Shown here piece after piece: positions 38,101 to 48,099 of a stretch of DNA of 64,000 nt (position 1 is its first letter; each line of letters opens with the position of its first letter). Made by a program: the position numbers and the translations under genes. The notes under the pieces are model-generated. The model was given only the letters and a program-made list of their open reading frames with translations, was not told where the DNA came from and did not search any database. This stretch comes from Macrostomum lignano (Eukaryota), in contig NIVC01003413.1 in NCBI GenBank assembly GCA_002269645.1, positions 35,245-99,244 of the forward strand, in the 5' to 3' direction.

Positions 38101-41100
38101 CACTCAAGTCAGTCAGTCAGTCAGTCAGTCAGTCAGTCACTCAGTCAGTCAGTCAGTCAGTCAGTCAGTCAGTCAGTCAGTCAGTCAGTCAGTCAGTCAG
38201 TCAGTCAGTCAGTCAGTCAGTCTGTCACCCACTCACTCAAGTCAGTCAGTCAGCTACTCACCCGTTTCGTCAGCCATGCCGCAGTCAGGACAGCAGCGGC
38301 CCCTGCTCCCGCAGTCGCACACCACAATCCTGGGAGTACACACCGTGACGGCTCCGACCTCGTCCACCGCCGCCAGCTGCAGTTTGATGTCGCCACGCCA
38401 GTTGTCAACGGGCTGCCACACGAGCTGCCAGCTGCCGCTGGCTCCAGCCTCCAGCTTCGCGGTCCCCCCGACGGCCTCAAGCACGGTGACATTCGGTGAG
38501 GCGCCGTCGGGATCCGTGACGGAGAAGGTGACACTGACGCTGTTGTTGCCGCTCACTCGTAGCTGGGTCGGGGCGCTCACGAACTGCGGTGGTCGGTTGG
38601 CCAGGACGACCCGGGTTCGAGTCTCGTCTTGAATGGCGACGGCCGCGTCTTGAGCGGCTGCGACCGAGCGAAGCTGAGCGGCGTCGAACATGCAGGTGAG
38701 GTCGGAGGAGCCGGAGCTGCGGCACACCTGCCAGGGCGGAGCGACGAGGGAGTCCATGCACCATGTGTACAGTCTTTAATATATGCAACAACTTGTCTAT
38801 TTTCACATTAAGTAGTGGATCCAGTACATCAGACAGCATGTTAAGACGGGCGGTTTTTTAGCGCTATTTTACCGCCACAGGTCAGAATTTTCATTTCGCT
38901 TGATCATGATCATGACCGTATGTCAGGAAATTTTACTCTCAAGGGTCAAATTACCCAATAAATTCACACCAGGACTCATGCAGCATAAACATTTCTGCCT
39001 TCTCCCGAATACTGTAGTTCCACATTAGCACATCTTAAATTCAACCTGTCCACTCACCTCTTCCGAAGCGTTCTTGAGCTCCGCGTTTCCGCCGAACAGC
39101 GCCAGCATGTTGTCCTTGAAGTCCTCAGCAAAGGTCGGTACGAAGCTGAGATTGCAGAAGTCAGCTCGGCCCTTGCCAGCCGGGTAGTGCAGGTAGCTCG
39201 GCTCTGAGCTGTTGAGTCTCCAGCTGTTCCCGAACTCAAACAGCTGCCTCTCGGAGCTGCCAGCTGGCAGGACGCTGCCGTTTCTCAGTCTGAATCCGCT
39301 CGCGTCGCTGTTGCCTAGCAACCCGCAAAGGCCTCGCGAGCATTTTTCTGCGTTTGAAAGTAGAACGCCGATTCTGAGCGAGCTCGTCTCCATGGTAACG
39401 GTGACGCTGACGCCGGCAGACTCGTCGACAATGTCGATGGTGCTGTTGTCGGGGACCTCCAGCCGGTAGCTGTCCAGTCTGGTCGCGTTGTTCAGCGCCG
39501 CCAGCTCGCCCCTGACGCTGCCGATCCGACGCCCGTCGCTGCTGAAGACGTCGAGGTCGTCGGAGCTTTCGTTGCGGATCACCGACACGGCCAGCTCGTT
39601 GAGGCCGGACTTCAGCGCGACGCCGACGAAGGCCGTGGCGGCTCCACCGCTGACTGGCGCGGTGCGCGCTTGCAGCCGTACCGTCGGTGAGTTCGGCCAG
39701 CACCTGCACCAGTTGTAGATCAGGTGGTACTCGCAATGACCGTTGAATGTGTAGCTGCTGTTCGAGAGCGTGCTCAGGTGAGGGTCGCCGCGGATGAAGC
39801 CTGGATATCGGAGGTTGGTGTTTGGTTTGATGCTTATAAGTGACCTAAAGCAGTTGAGCGTCAGGAAGCTGCCAAGAGTGAGCAAATAAACAAACTACTT
39901 AAAATATTGGTACTCAGAGCTACAGTTACAGCAAATCAGTTACCTCCAACAGGTGGCTGGTAGTTCTTGCTGGTGCACACGGGTCTTACGGCAGAATAAG
40001 CGGCCATCATTCCGGCCGCTGAGCAGACTCTTAGGCCGTACAACTCATTTTGATACTGCTGAGACCGGAGGCCAAATCGAACTCGGTTAGTCGTTCTTTT
40101 CCGATAGAAGTACATTGCGTGTCCGGCGCCGTCTGAGCTGCTGTTGATGAGGTGACCAGCTACAAATGATTGTTTTTTTTAATTCAGTGGACTAACACTT
40201 ATATATATTTTACCATCAGCTTCGAGTTATTCAAACTTTTACGGTCAATTTGTGACTCACTGAATGACATGTTGAACATGATCCGTCGCAAGGCAGCTCT
40301 CACTTTCCAGACGGCATCACTTCTACGGCACAGCTGACTGATTTCGCTGCCAGCAGCTGCTGATGACATTCTGTAGCAGCAACTGGTCGACACCAGCTGA
40401 CTGCACTTTTGAAGCTGGCAGGCCAAGGAATAAGAAGGTCTACATCTGCTGTACATGTAACTGAACTCTTTTGCGCAATGGTAGCTGGTGTTGCGGAAGC
40501 ACATCCTGATGCTGTCACCGGAGCACTCAAACTCGTACGGACTGTACCGCTTGTCAAGGACTGCCGTGCGAAGATCGAAGGGACAGTCGGAGCAGCCTGG
40601 AAAGACAGAGCTGCTCTGGTTGGCTCTGGCGGCTGCGATCCAACTGCGGCACTCAGATAAAACCCTCTTCCCGATGCTCAGCACGTGACGTCCGGGTCTT
40701 CCCGAACTTCCGGGACTCAGGTTGGGCAGCTCGGGCCATTCGGGGCGCAGGCTGAATGGCAGCTCTTTTCGAACGAAAACATTATCCATGAATCCTGAGA
40801 ATGCTATCAGGTTCAACGTTGGATGGCTCCAGTTGAGGATTCTCGGCACAGGCAGGTGGAAGTCGCCGTAGTTGAAAATGGCGTATGAGTGAGTCTCGTT
40901 GCGCGTTACAACTGCTTGGAACTCGATGCTCTGAAATTGCATGCAGTAAGCAATTGTGCTCGATTGAGAAAAAGCTGAAAAGCTTGATTTGTGGTCAGCT
41001 CTCCAAAGACGAAAAAAGTGTAAATTCGTTACTTGTTGCTTCGTTTTGACTGCTTTGCACGATAGTTTTTATTTTAATTGCCAAATACTGCTAATTCTGA

Positions 41101-44100
41101 GCGCTGGAATGGCTTATTCAGCATGCCAGTGAAGTATGAGACAGACCAGGCGCATGGGCTAAGGTCTGCGATGCTTCACGCCTGCCCTTATTTTCTGCAG
41201 GTCAAGTCTGGTGGGAGGTCTGCAACCTCTATTTTCCTCTGGCAACTGCAGACCCCCTCACGCTGTCTTGCAAGTCGACCCAGGGTACTCGTCCCCGCTT
41301 GTGTTCAAGGCAGATCCTAAGGCTGCTGGACAGACTGGGCTCCGGCGCTAGGGACCTATCTAGTGGCTTTTGCCGAACTTAGGTATGCGGGTCTGGCTCG
41401 CCAGTCCGCAGGCCGTGGTACTGCTCAACGTACCCTCTAATGCCTAAGGTGTTCGACCGTGCCGATGGGCTGGAAGGCCGAGGAGTAGTTGGGTCGCAAG
41501 CAGTTCCCCTCCTTCTTGTGTCGGACCAGCCTTGAGGGTTCTTTTGGCCTACTGCCCGGTCAGGTGGAGTGGCCGTGTGGGTACCGCGCCCCTTCGAGGG
41601 TAGCCCACCAACCTTTATCATGGCCTTCGAGCCGACTATGGATAAGCTAAATATATCTAGGGACAGGGACCCTTCTAAACCCCAACCTCAGTCCGAAGGA
41701 CCGGCCGGCCCTGCTGGCAGATCCCAACCGACTGATTCAAATGTGGCAAAGGAAGGACCGGCTGGCCCTGCTGGCAGATCCCAACCGACTGATTCAAATG
41801 TGGCAAAGGAAGGACCGGCTGGCCCTGCTGGCAGATCGGACCAGAGCTACCAAACTCAAAGTACCCAAAGACCTGCCAGCTCTGCTGATGAATCTAAGGG
41901 AACCGCGAGCTCTGAGCCTAAAAAACCGGCCAAATCTGGCAGATCCGATGAAGCTCAGCGGGTTCAGCTCGAGCGCAAATGCGCTAAGCAACGCGCCAAA
42001 AGGCAGGCCTAGAAGGGAGCTCCGGGGGCCAAAGCGGCGGCGTCCACGAAGGATACTGAAGCGACTGGCGTCCCAAGGGAACCAGACGGGCCGGCCGGTG
42101 GAAGCTCTAGAAGTTCAGCGGCGGCGCTCCCTGGAGATTCTGCTGCGGCTGCTGAGGCCGAAACCACGGCGCAACAAATGGCCACTGCCAACAAGGTTTC
42201 TTCGGGAGCTACCTTTGCGGCGAAGTCCAAGGCCAAAATCCCGGCAGTGATCGTTCAAGGTCGCGACCAGGACTGGACCAGTGGTCAGCTTCAAAAAGTG
42301 TGGAGTGCTATTGACTCCTATCTGATTGAGCTGACTGTCGAGGAGGGAATCTCCATCGGCATTGAGCGGATGGTGCTGCGAAGCACATTCGTTCTTATTG
42401 CTCCTAGCAGTGAGGAGGACGCTCAGCAGCTGCTCCAGCGCCTGCCGACGGTCAACTTGGATGCTGACCTTGGCGGAGCTCTTTTTCTTCGCGAAGGCCA
42501 GCGTCCAAAGATAATACCCTATCAGGTCTTTGTCCCTGCTAGGAGCACCGCAGCTGGACCAGACGTTATCTGCCGGGTCCTACTACGCCTGAATCCCGAC
42601 CTCCCTGCTAGTGGACTGGTGCATCACTGCAAAGTGCGCAGGGGGAGACGGACAATTCAATTGTCCTCGGCCTTTCCAACGCTTGGGCGAGTCGGTACCC
42701 TAATGGAACCTCCTTCCAACTGGGTGCCCTCAAGCTCAAGATGCGCCGAGGAAAGTCTGCCAAAGGGAAGGCTACTGCCAACCCCAGCATCTCCGATAAG
42801 AGCGGGGCGCAGTCTAAGGCCCAAGGAAAGGCGCAAGCCGATCCCAAAGCCGAAGCTGCGTCTTGCCCCTCTGCTAGCAGCAGTTCGACGACCACGTTGA
42901 CGGCTCCGGCCAAGCCCCGGGAACCAAATCTGCCAGCCGGAGAAGGAGTTGAGGACGAGGCCGGGTCTTCGGAATTCGAGCTCTCCTCGGCCACCATGGT
43001 GGGGTCTGAAGGCAAAGATGCAGATAAGGAAACTTCCTCCATCCTGTCATCGGAGCCCGAGGATTCTGCTGGGGTGTGGGGGGGCGGTGGGGGTGAGAAG
43101 GCCATGAACGTCGACTAACTCCCATCTCCCAGTCAAGCCCCAGCGGCCTGGAACGAGGACGATTTGCTGTCCAAGTCTCCTTGATGGCCCGGGGTTCGAG
43201 CCAGTCTTGCATTTAGTACAGTATTGGCTAAACTCCACGCTGCTAAAGGAGCGACATTCTGTCTGAAAATAAATTTACAGCATTGCGTATCTGCGTCAGT
43301 AAATCTGATGAAGATTGCTGAGCTGTACAGGCCAGGCCTTATCCTGATCCAGGAACCCTGGATGCTCAACGGTAAGTTTCCCAACATTCCTTGTGGCTAC
43401 TCTGATTTTATGTGGCCCGGGGAACCGCCGCCAGCTAGAGCGGCTATCCTCGCTGTCAGTCATCTCCAGGCTTGGCTGAGGACTGATCTCTCTGATGGAG
43501 ACCTCTGTGTCCTCCAATCTAATCATCTCTCTCCACGTCTCAGGCGACAGAGACCCTGCTCCCGAGAGTCTACTGCGCTTTGCGCAGTACTGCGAGTCCC
43601 AGAACGCTTGAGCTGTGCTTAGGGGGCGACCTCAACACACACCATAAGCACTGGGGCAGCAAAGACACCAATACTAGAGGGGAGAAGCTTCAGGCCCTCA
43701 TCTCTAACACAAACCTCATGCTCTGCAATCGCGGTAGCACTCCTACCTTTAACAATGGCAGATGGTCCGAGGTCCTCGACGCCACACTCGTTATCCCAAG
43801 ACTCTTTGACAGAGTTAAGGAGTGGAGAATCTGGTCTGAGGAGCCCTCCCTGTCTGACTACTGCTTTATCACCTTTAACATCGCGGAAACTAAACCCCAG
43901 TCCTCGATCACTTGAAGGCGCAATATCCGCAACACCGATTGGGCGGCCTATAAGGCTACCATTGATCTGCACCTGCATATCTGCAATCTGCACTCACGGA
44001 TTTACGTCCGATTACGAACGGGCAGTACTGGGTGACGGTTACGCCTTGGTTCTTTTTCTTGACATTGTTGGCGCCTTCGACAACGTTATCTTTAAAGCGT

Positions 44101-47100
44101 TTCAGAGGGCCCTTCAAAATCGCAAAGCTCATGCTAACCTTATACGATGGATCATGTACAGGATCTCCAACCGTACGGTCACAGCCTAACTCCTAGAGCA
44201 AACTGCCTCATGTACATGATCTCCAACCGTACGGTCACTGCCTAACTCCTAGGGCAAACTGCCTCCGCCAGAGTCTGTATGGGTGGGCCCCAAGGCGGAG
44301 TCCTCACCTCGACGCTCTGGAACCTGGTCATGGACGATCTTCTCCCGACCTGATCCCATCTTCATAGTCGGGTAGGCTGACGACGTCACGGCCATTGTAG
44401 CAGGGCCGTCTCCCAGCACGCTCAGGGATCTGATGCAGAGTTTTATCCGCAAAGCAGAATCCTGGGCCAATGACAACGGTCTGGAACTCTCCGAGCCCAA
44501 AACTGTTGCCATTATGTTCACCAGTAGAATACGCTGGAACATGCGTCCTCTGCAGCTTTACGGCAGAGATATCGCCTTCGCGCACCAGACCAGATGTCTC
44601 GGGGTCATACTATACCACCGGCTCAACTGGTCCTTCCACGTGCAAGCAAAAGCCAAGCGCGCCTCAGGCATCCTGGCCCAGCTTCGAGGAGCACTTGGCA
44701 CTTCTTGGGGTTTATCCCCAAGCGGCTTTGGTGGATCTAACTTCCGTAGTTAGACCTGCCGTTACGTACGCCTCTGTTGTCTGGGTTAGCGCTACCCAGA
44801 TCAAAAGCCATGCAGATTTGCTCAACACGATCCAAGGCAGAGCGTGTAGGCTTATCTGCAACGCCACCAGGTCCACGCCCTTTGCTGGCTCGGGGGCCTT
44901 TCTTCATCTACCGCCTCTTGACCTCTTCGTCACGGGTGAGGCGGCTAGAACGACGCGGCGTCTACTTGATGTCGGTGTCAAATTCCTTTACATGAGGGTA
45001 CCTGCTAAGCGGAACCTCGTCCCGCATAGCGACCTTTGCCTCAACATTCTCAACAAGTGTCAGGCCAATCGCGTCTTCAGCGATGGCATTGCCTCAACGC
45101 TCAACATGAGACAACGCTACTCCAGCTTCATTGCTACACCGACGGTTCCAAGCAGTCAGCCAACACTGGCTTTGGTGTTGTAATCTTCCCGAACGGGAAG
45201 GTCATCGCTACCCACGCTCAGTACACTGGGGTCAACTCCAGTGTCTTCCAAAATGAAGTTCTCGCCATCAGCTCCTGCACCACAGAGCTTCTCGCCACTG
45301 GCGTAACCGGTAAGAACATTTTTTTCCATTCGGACAGCCAAGCTGCCTTGCACGCCATTAGTGGCTGCAGCACCAATTCTGCTACAGTCCTGGACTGTAT
45401 AAAACTCCTCAACATGTTGGGTTCCACCAACAAAATTACCCTAAAGTGGGTTCCGGGGCATGTTGGGATCCGAGGGTAAGAGTTGGCTGACGCCCTTGTA
45501 AAAGTTGGCGCCTCTGGCTTCTCTCTCGGTCCCGAGCCTCTCGTCCCGATTCCCGGCTGTGTCATCGACTCGCGCATCAAAGCGTGGATCAGGACTCAGC
45601 ACCGCTCGACTTGGGCGAACTACACTAACTGCAGGCAATCAAGAGGCGCTGTCTCTCAGCCCTCTCACCAGCTCCGGAAGCTCCTCTTGCGCCTCTTGCG
45701 CAGAGACATCTGGCTGCCACCATGACCCTCTCGGGCCACGGATGCTTCTCCAGGCACCAGTACCTGGTGAGCAACGCCACTAACGCCATCTGCAGTTTTT
45801 ATAACCCAGGTGACGAAACCGCTGAGCATTTCGTCAGCATCTGTCCCGCCTTTACGCGGGCCAGACTCGCTTACCTCGGGCCACACACATCTAATACCGA
45901 AGCGTGCAAAATTGAAAAATTTAACCAGCTCATGCGCTACCTCCAGGCCACCCGCAGGGCTGAACTCTCCTTTCCAGAGAGCACTATAGCTGCTGGCGAC
46001 ACTGGGGGACCTTCCTGGGCGGCGCCAACCCTTCGTCCATAGCGACGCGTCGGCCGTTCAGGGATTAGCGGAATGGGCGCCCGCGCCTTCCCGCTGTGTC
46101 CCCTCCCGGACAGCCCTGCAGCTGAGTCCAAGTTAAGTCTAAGCCATTCTGAGCATTCAAGTTTGGGCTTCTAAGCAAGCAGTGTAAATTCGTAATGTTT
46201 TTTCGTTCGAACTGCGTTGCGTGATAGTTTTATTAATTACCAAAGCATGCCAATTCTTAGCACTCCCATGCATGGGCAGATCTTTACGATAGAAATAAAA
46301 TGCAGGCCTGACACGCTTCGCTTCGACTTTTGGCTTCGCTATGAAATAACTATTGAAGCCCTAAGCAAGCTAAATCTTTGAGATCTTATCAGTGACGCGA
46401 ACTTCTAAAGTACATGTACAGCTGGCCAAGAATATTTTGCGTCAATTGATGCCGGTTTAACATTTGAGTTGCAAGAATCCTAGGAGATGCGCTACAAACT
46501 CTTAAGGCCGTTTCACTCTAAGCTACTAACTACGATATTTGCTGAGTCATCGCCAGAAAACGGAAGTGTAAATTATTTCCGTGGGAATGAGCTCCGTCAC
46601 TTCGGAGAGATTTCCCCACTTACAGCATTTGCCTTGGCTCGAGAACACAGGCCCAGGCAGAGGTCGAGCCAGCCGTTTTTCTCGTCCCAAGCTTGCCTAG
46701 AAGTGCAGTTCGAGACGCAGTCGAATCGGTTCCCATAAGGCAGTGACGGCGTCAGAATGCGCCAAGTCACGATGAGCGCCGTCAGAGGGTTGAACTTGGA
46801 TCGAACCTCCTGCTCGATGATCTGCTTGACCGCGCGCCAGTTCGACCTGGTGCTGTGTTTCCTCGAATTCAGCAGCTCGTAGGAAACCTTCGGAGTCCAA
46901 TATCTTCGGTAGTAGTTGGTGGCAGGCTTAACGAACCAGTAAGGCGCCACGACGGCTCCAGTAAAGTTGATCTTTGCCGAGTAGGAGTGGTATGGTAAAT
47001 ACCTCAAGCGATAACCAGAGAAACTGATTGCGCCGTATTGGCTAACCTAGGGTGTTGAAATTGTTATAATTTAAAGTACACAGAAAAAGTTAAATTTCAA

Positions 47101-48099
47101 TTAAAGAGTTGATTTGAGCTAAATTTCCACCTGCTCAGTAGAGAAAAATCGTCAATTCGAAGTTACAGTTCAACTCTGTATGCAAAGTCAGATGTTGCAA
47201 AGCAGGACTCACTCGAAAAGACAAGCTTTCCTGACTGCCAATCAGAAACGGAGCATCACGTGGTGCGTCACCGGGGTGACGGTACCAGATACGGTTGTAC
47301 CGGATACGGGTCGCATTTACTGTCGATAGGAGCATTTCAGCTGCAAAATACATCCGGGATTGAGACAATCGAGTAACTTCAGCCAAAGTATAAATACAAA
47401 TATATCACGTCAACTCACGATAGCAGACAGTCCCGTTGCCATAGTAACCCGGCATGCAAATGCAATCAAATGAGCCGATCAGGTTGATGCAGTCGGCATG
47501 AGCATCGCATTTGGAGCTGCTGAGACACTCGTCAACGTCTTTAATTGGATACAGTTGATGACTGATCAAATACAAGCACAAGTTTAGTTATAAGTAGCCG
47601 CATTTATTAAAAAGTTATTAAAGTCGAAGGTTTTCACTTACCGGTGCATTTATCTGTTCCGTTGTCTTGAAAGCCATCGATGCAGGTGCAGTTGTACGAC
47701 CCCGGCGTGTCCGTGCAGGTAGCGTACAGACCGCATAGCACTGAAAAAGCAGTCGTTGGTTTTTTGAGTTTTTCAACAATTGAGCGGAATTTATCAAGCA
47801 CAAAAGTAGTCGCAGGTCATGCCAATTTACTGTATCAATACAGCAAAGCATTTTTGGTTTTTGGATATACCTCAGAGTTATGGATAGTTGGAACCAAATG
47901 TTAACTTGTCTTTTCATTAATACCAACAGCTGTAGATAAAACAACGCAAATAAAGTGACAAGAGCATCAATAAGTATGATGCCATCTCACCTGTTTTGCT
48001 GTCTCTGCAGACGCTGCAACTTCCCGCACCGACAAGCAGAAACAGACACAGTAGTTGCCAGCCGAAGTCACCAGCGACTGAAGCAAAGTTCAGTCCCAT
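1..48099 (-). CDS. Giant secreted multi-module NIDO-AMOP-VWD-EGF protein (MUC4/SUSD2/Mesh-like), spliced, 3' end outside window
   Basis: 44 exons with AG/GT boundaries traced manually; phases are compatible throughout; exon lengths sum to ~14,069 nt; recognisable motifs: EGF-Ca DVDECLSSSKC, NIDO VAPYW and FQAVVTRNETHSYAIFNYG, AMOP CPFD...CCY and RPVCTSxxYQ, VWD GDPHLSTLSNxSYTFNGHCEYHL. Confidence 0.85.
317..565. repeat. 27-bp minisatellite (TGATGCTTAGTTGCTCAGGTTTTGGTT) x9, intronic
   Basis: Direct reading; ~5 copies at 12626-12770 and a single partial unit at the equivalent site in modules 1-3. Confidence 0.95.
3570..5530 (+). mobile_element. Ty3/Gypsy LTR retrotransposon fragment (gag, protease, RT C-terminus), internally deleted
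   Basis: gag-like DDCEWDDKKTARKLKLLLTGEA; aspartic protease ALLDTGAQVSL; RT tail IIVFSRTLDKHLVRLERVFQQLRDAGLKL and LGFYRRFI; stops and frameshifts; no LTRs recognised. Confidence 0.8.
5771..16880 (-). CDS. Module 4 exons
   Basis: Exons 16761-16880, 15687-15806, 15457-15608, 14870-15292, 13197-13869, 12879-13094, 11863-12599, 7723-8188, 5771-5875. Confidence 0.85.
5895..7713. repeat. (GTCA)n microsatellite array with interspersed CACCCACTCACTCAA motifs
   Basis: Direct reading; fills the intron between the Ig-like and EGF exons of module 4. Confidence 0.98.
8930..11395 (+). mobile_element. 5'-truncated, degraded R1/I-group non-LTR retrotransposon (RT + RNase H)
   Basis: [43 protein letters not shown], RNase H CYTDGS / VFQSEVLAI / FHSDSQAAL; 3' tail of AAGTC repeats ending AAGCC. 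Confidence 0.85.
11495..11826. mobile_element. hAT-type MITE (332 bp)
   Basis: Imperfect TIRs CAGGCGCGTTGCCA ... TGGCGACGCCCCTG; perfect 8-bp TSD GGCTCATC at 11487-11494 and 11827-11834. Confidence 0.85.
14414..14773 (+). mobile_element. tRNA-derived SINE
   Basis: A box TAGCCGAGCGG, B box GGCTCGATTCC, A-rich tail TAATAAAAAAG; 13-bp TSD AACTA(C/A)GATATTT; absent at the equivalent site in modules 1, 2 and 5. Confidence 0.85.
15977..16016 (-). ncRNA. Minimal type I hammerhead ribozyme (Penelope-type)
   Basis: Minus strand reads TGCC-CTGACGA-T-GACC-tacgag-GGTC-GAAA-TGCA-TT-GGCA: core, stem II, palindromic stem III loop, stem I. Confidence 0.75.
16655..16694 (+). ncRNA. Second copy of the hammerhead motif, stem II mismatched
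   Basis: TGCC-CTGACGA-TAACC-tacaag-GGTC-GAAA-TGCA-TT-GGCA. Confidence 0.6.
17170..23488 (-). CDS. Module 3 exons
   Basis: Exons 23369-23488, 23147-23266, 22950-23068, 22261-22683, 21027-21690, 20678-20893, 19816-20552, 18635-19100, 17170-17274. Confidence 0.85.
17289..18626. repeat. (GTGA)n/(GTCA)n microsatellite array
   Basis: Direct reading; equivalent intron of module 3. Confidence 0.98.
23843..23891 (-). pseudogene. Orphan 3' half of the EGF-end exon
   Basis: Encodes EQSVKVFLTTDCQEPQ with an intact GTGAG donor, but the 5' half and acceptor are replaced by foreign sequence. Confidence 0.75.
24420..25841 (+). mobile_element. Crypton-like (DUF3504-type) tyrosine recombinase, degenerate
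   Basis: KPNGELYSPSSLVCIRAGIQRF, LGERGQE, YTNHCIRVT, MTGQQSESTVRRHL; frameshifts at a T7 run (24876-24882) and at an 11-bp tandem duplication near 25540-25560. Confidence 0.75.
26155..26249. other. 95-nt imperfect palindrome / hairpin
   Basis: AATCAGCGGTC/GACCGCTGATT, GTGACAACGA/TCGTTGTCAC, TTGTCT/AGACAA and GCGCC/GGCGC pair in nested order. Confidence 0.85.
26480..27070. repeat. Degenerate ~33-bp minisatellite (TCAAGGCTCATGGAG...AATTGCTAAGATG)
   Basis: Recurrent motif; the same family occurs in reverse orientation at ~48580-48990. Confidence 0.6.
27348..28739 (+). mobile_element. THAP-domain (P-element/THAP9-like) transposase remnant
   Basis: SFHKFP...WLKSI...CSLLFTESDF THAP signature; C-terminal YYVSGF and IDRGGL motifs; fragmented, catalytic core missing. 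Confidence 0.65.
28961..37407 (-). CDS. Module 2 exons
   Basis: Exons 37288-37407, 37066-37185, 33273-33391, 32597-33007, 31417-32086, 31100-31315, 30214-30956, 29418-29883, 28961-29065; same phases as module 1. Confidence 0.85.
29081..29409. repeat. (GTCA)n microsatellite array
   Basis: Direct reading; module 2. Confidence 0.98.
33680..34060. repeat. CT-rich low-complexity tract
   Basis: Polypyrimidine sequence; a related tract lies at 35340-35820. Confidence 0.9.
34060..34860 (+). mobile_element. Degraded Penelope-like element (RT tail + GIY-YIG)
   Basis: EVNFLD...TTRVWKP RT-tail-like motif; TVYAVFDNTVYVGETANS GIY-YIG motif; frameshifted. Confidence 0.6.
35340..35820. repeat. CT-rich low-complexity tract
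   Basis: Polypyrimidine sequence sharing AGCTCATCTCTAA(T/C)ATGTACT with the 33980 tract. Confidence 0.9.
37687..47740 (-). CDS. Module 1 exons
   Basis: Exons 47642-47740 (EGF), 47419-47538 (EGF-Ca), 47213-47340 (variable), 46624-47046 (NIDO-1), 40261-40930 (NIDO-2/AMOP), 39944-40159 (AMOP end), 39058-39800 (VWD), 38262-38727 (Ig/cadherin-like), 37687-37791 (EGF end). Confidence 0.85.
37806..38253. repeat. (GTGA)n/(GTCA)n microsatellite array
   Basis: Direct reading; module 1. Confidence 0.98.
41103..46145 (+). mobile_element. Near full-length R1/I-group non-LTR retrotransposon (ORF1, APE, partial RT, RNase H, Zn knuckle), decayed
   Basis: 9-bp TSD ATTCTGAGC (41094-41102, 46146-46154); APE INLQH / LIQEPW / GGDLNTHH; RT FLDIVGAFDNV; RNase H CYTDGS; C-terminal ETAEHFVSICP; AAGT-type tail ending AAGCC. 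Confidence 0.9.
47991..48099 (-). CDS. First coding exon, signal peptide (MGLNFASVAGDFGWQLLCLFLLVGAGSCSVCRDSKT)
   Basis: ATG at 48099, hydrophobic core WQLLCLFLLVGAG, phase-1 GTGAGA donor; joining to exon 47642-47740 completes a six-Cys EGF (CRDSKTVLCGLYATC...C.C...C). Confidence 0.75.

Noticed and set aside
1-48099. Interpretation as a cluster of five separate paralogous genes
   Set aside because: Only one signal-peptide exon, no stop or terminal exon between modules, and phases match across junctions; not fully excluded without cDNA
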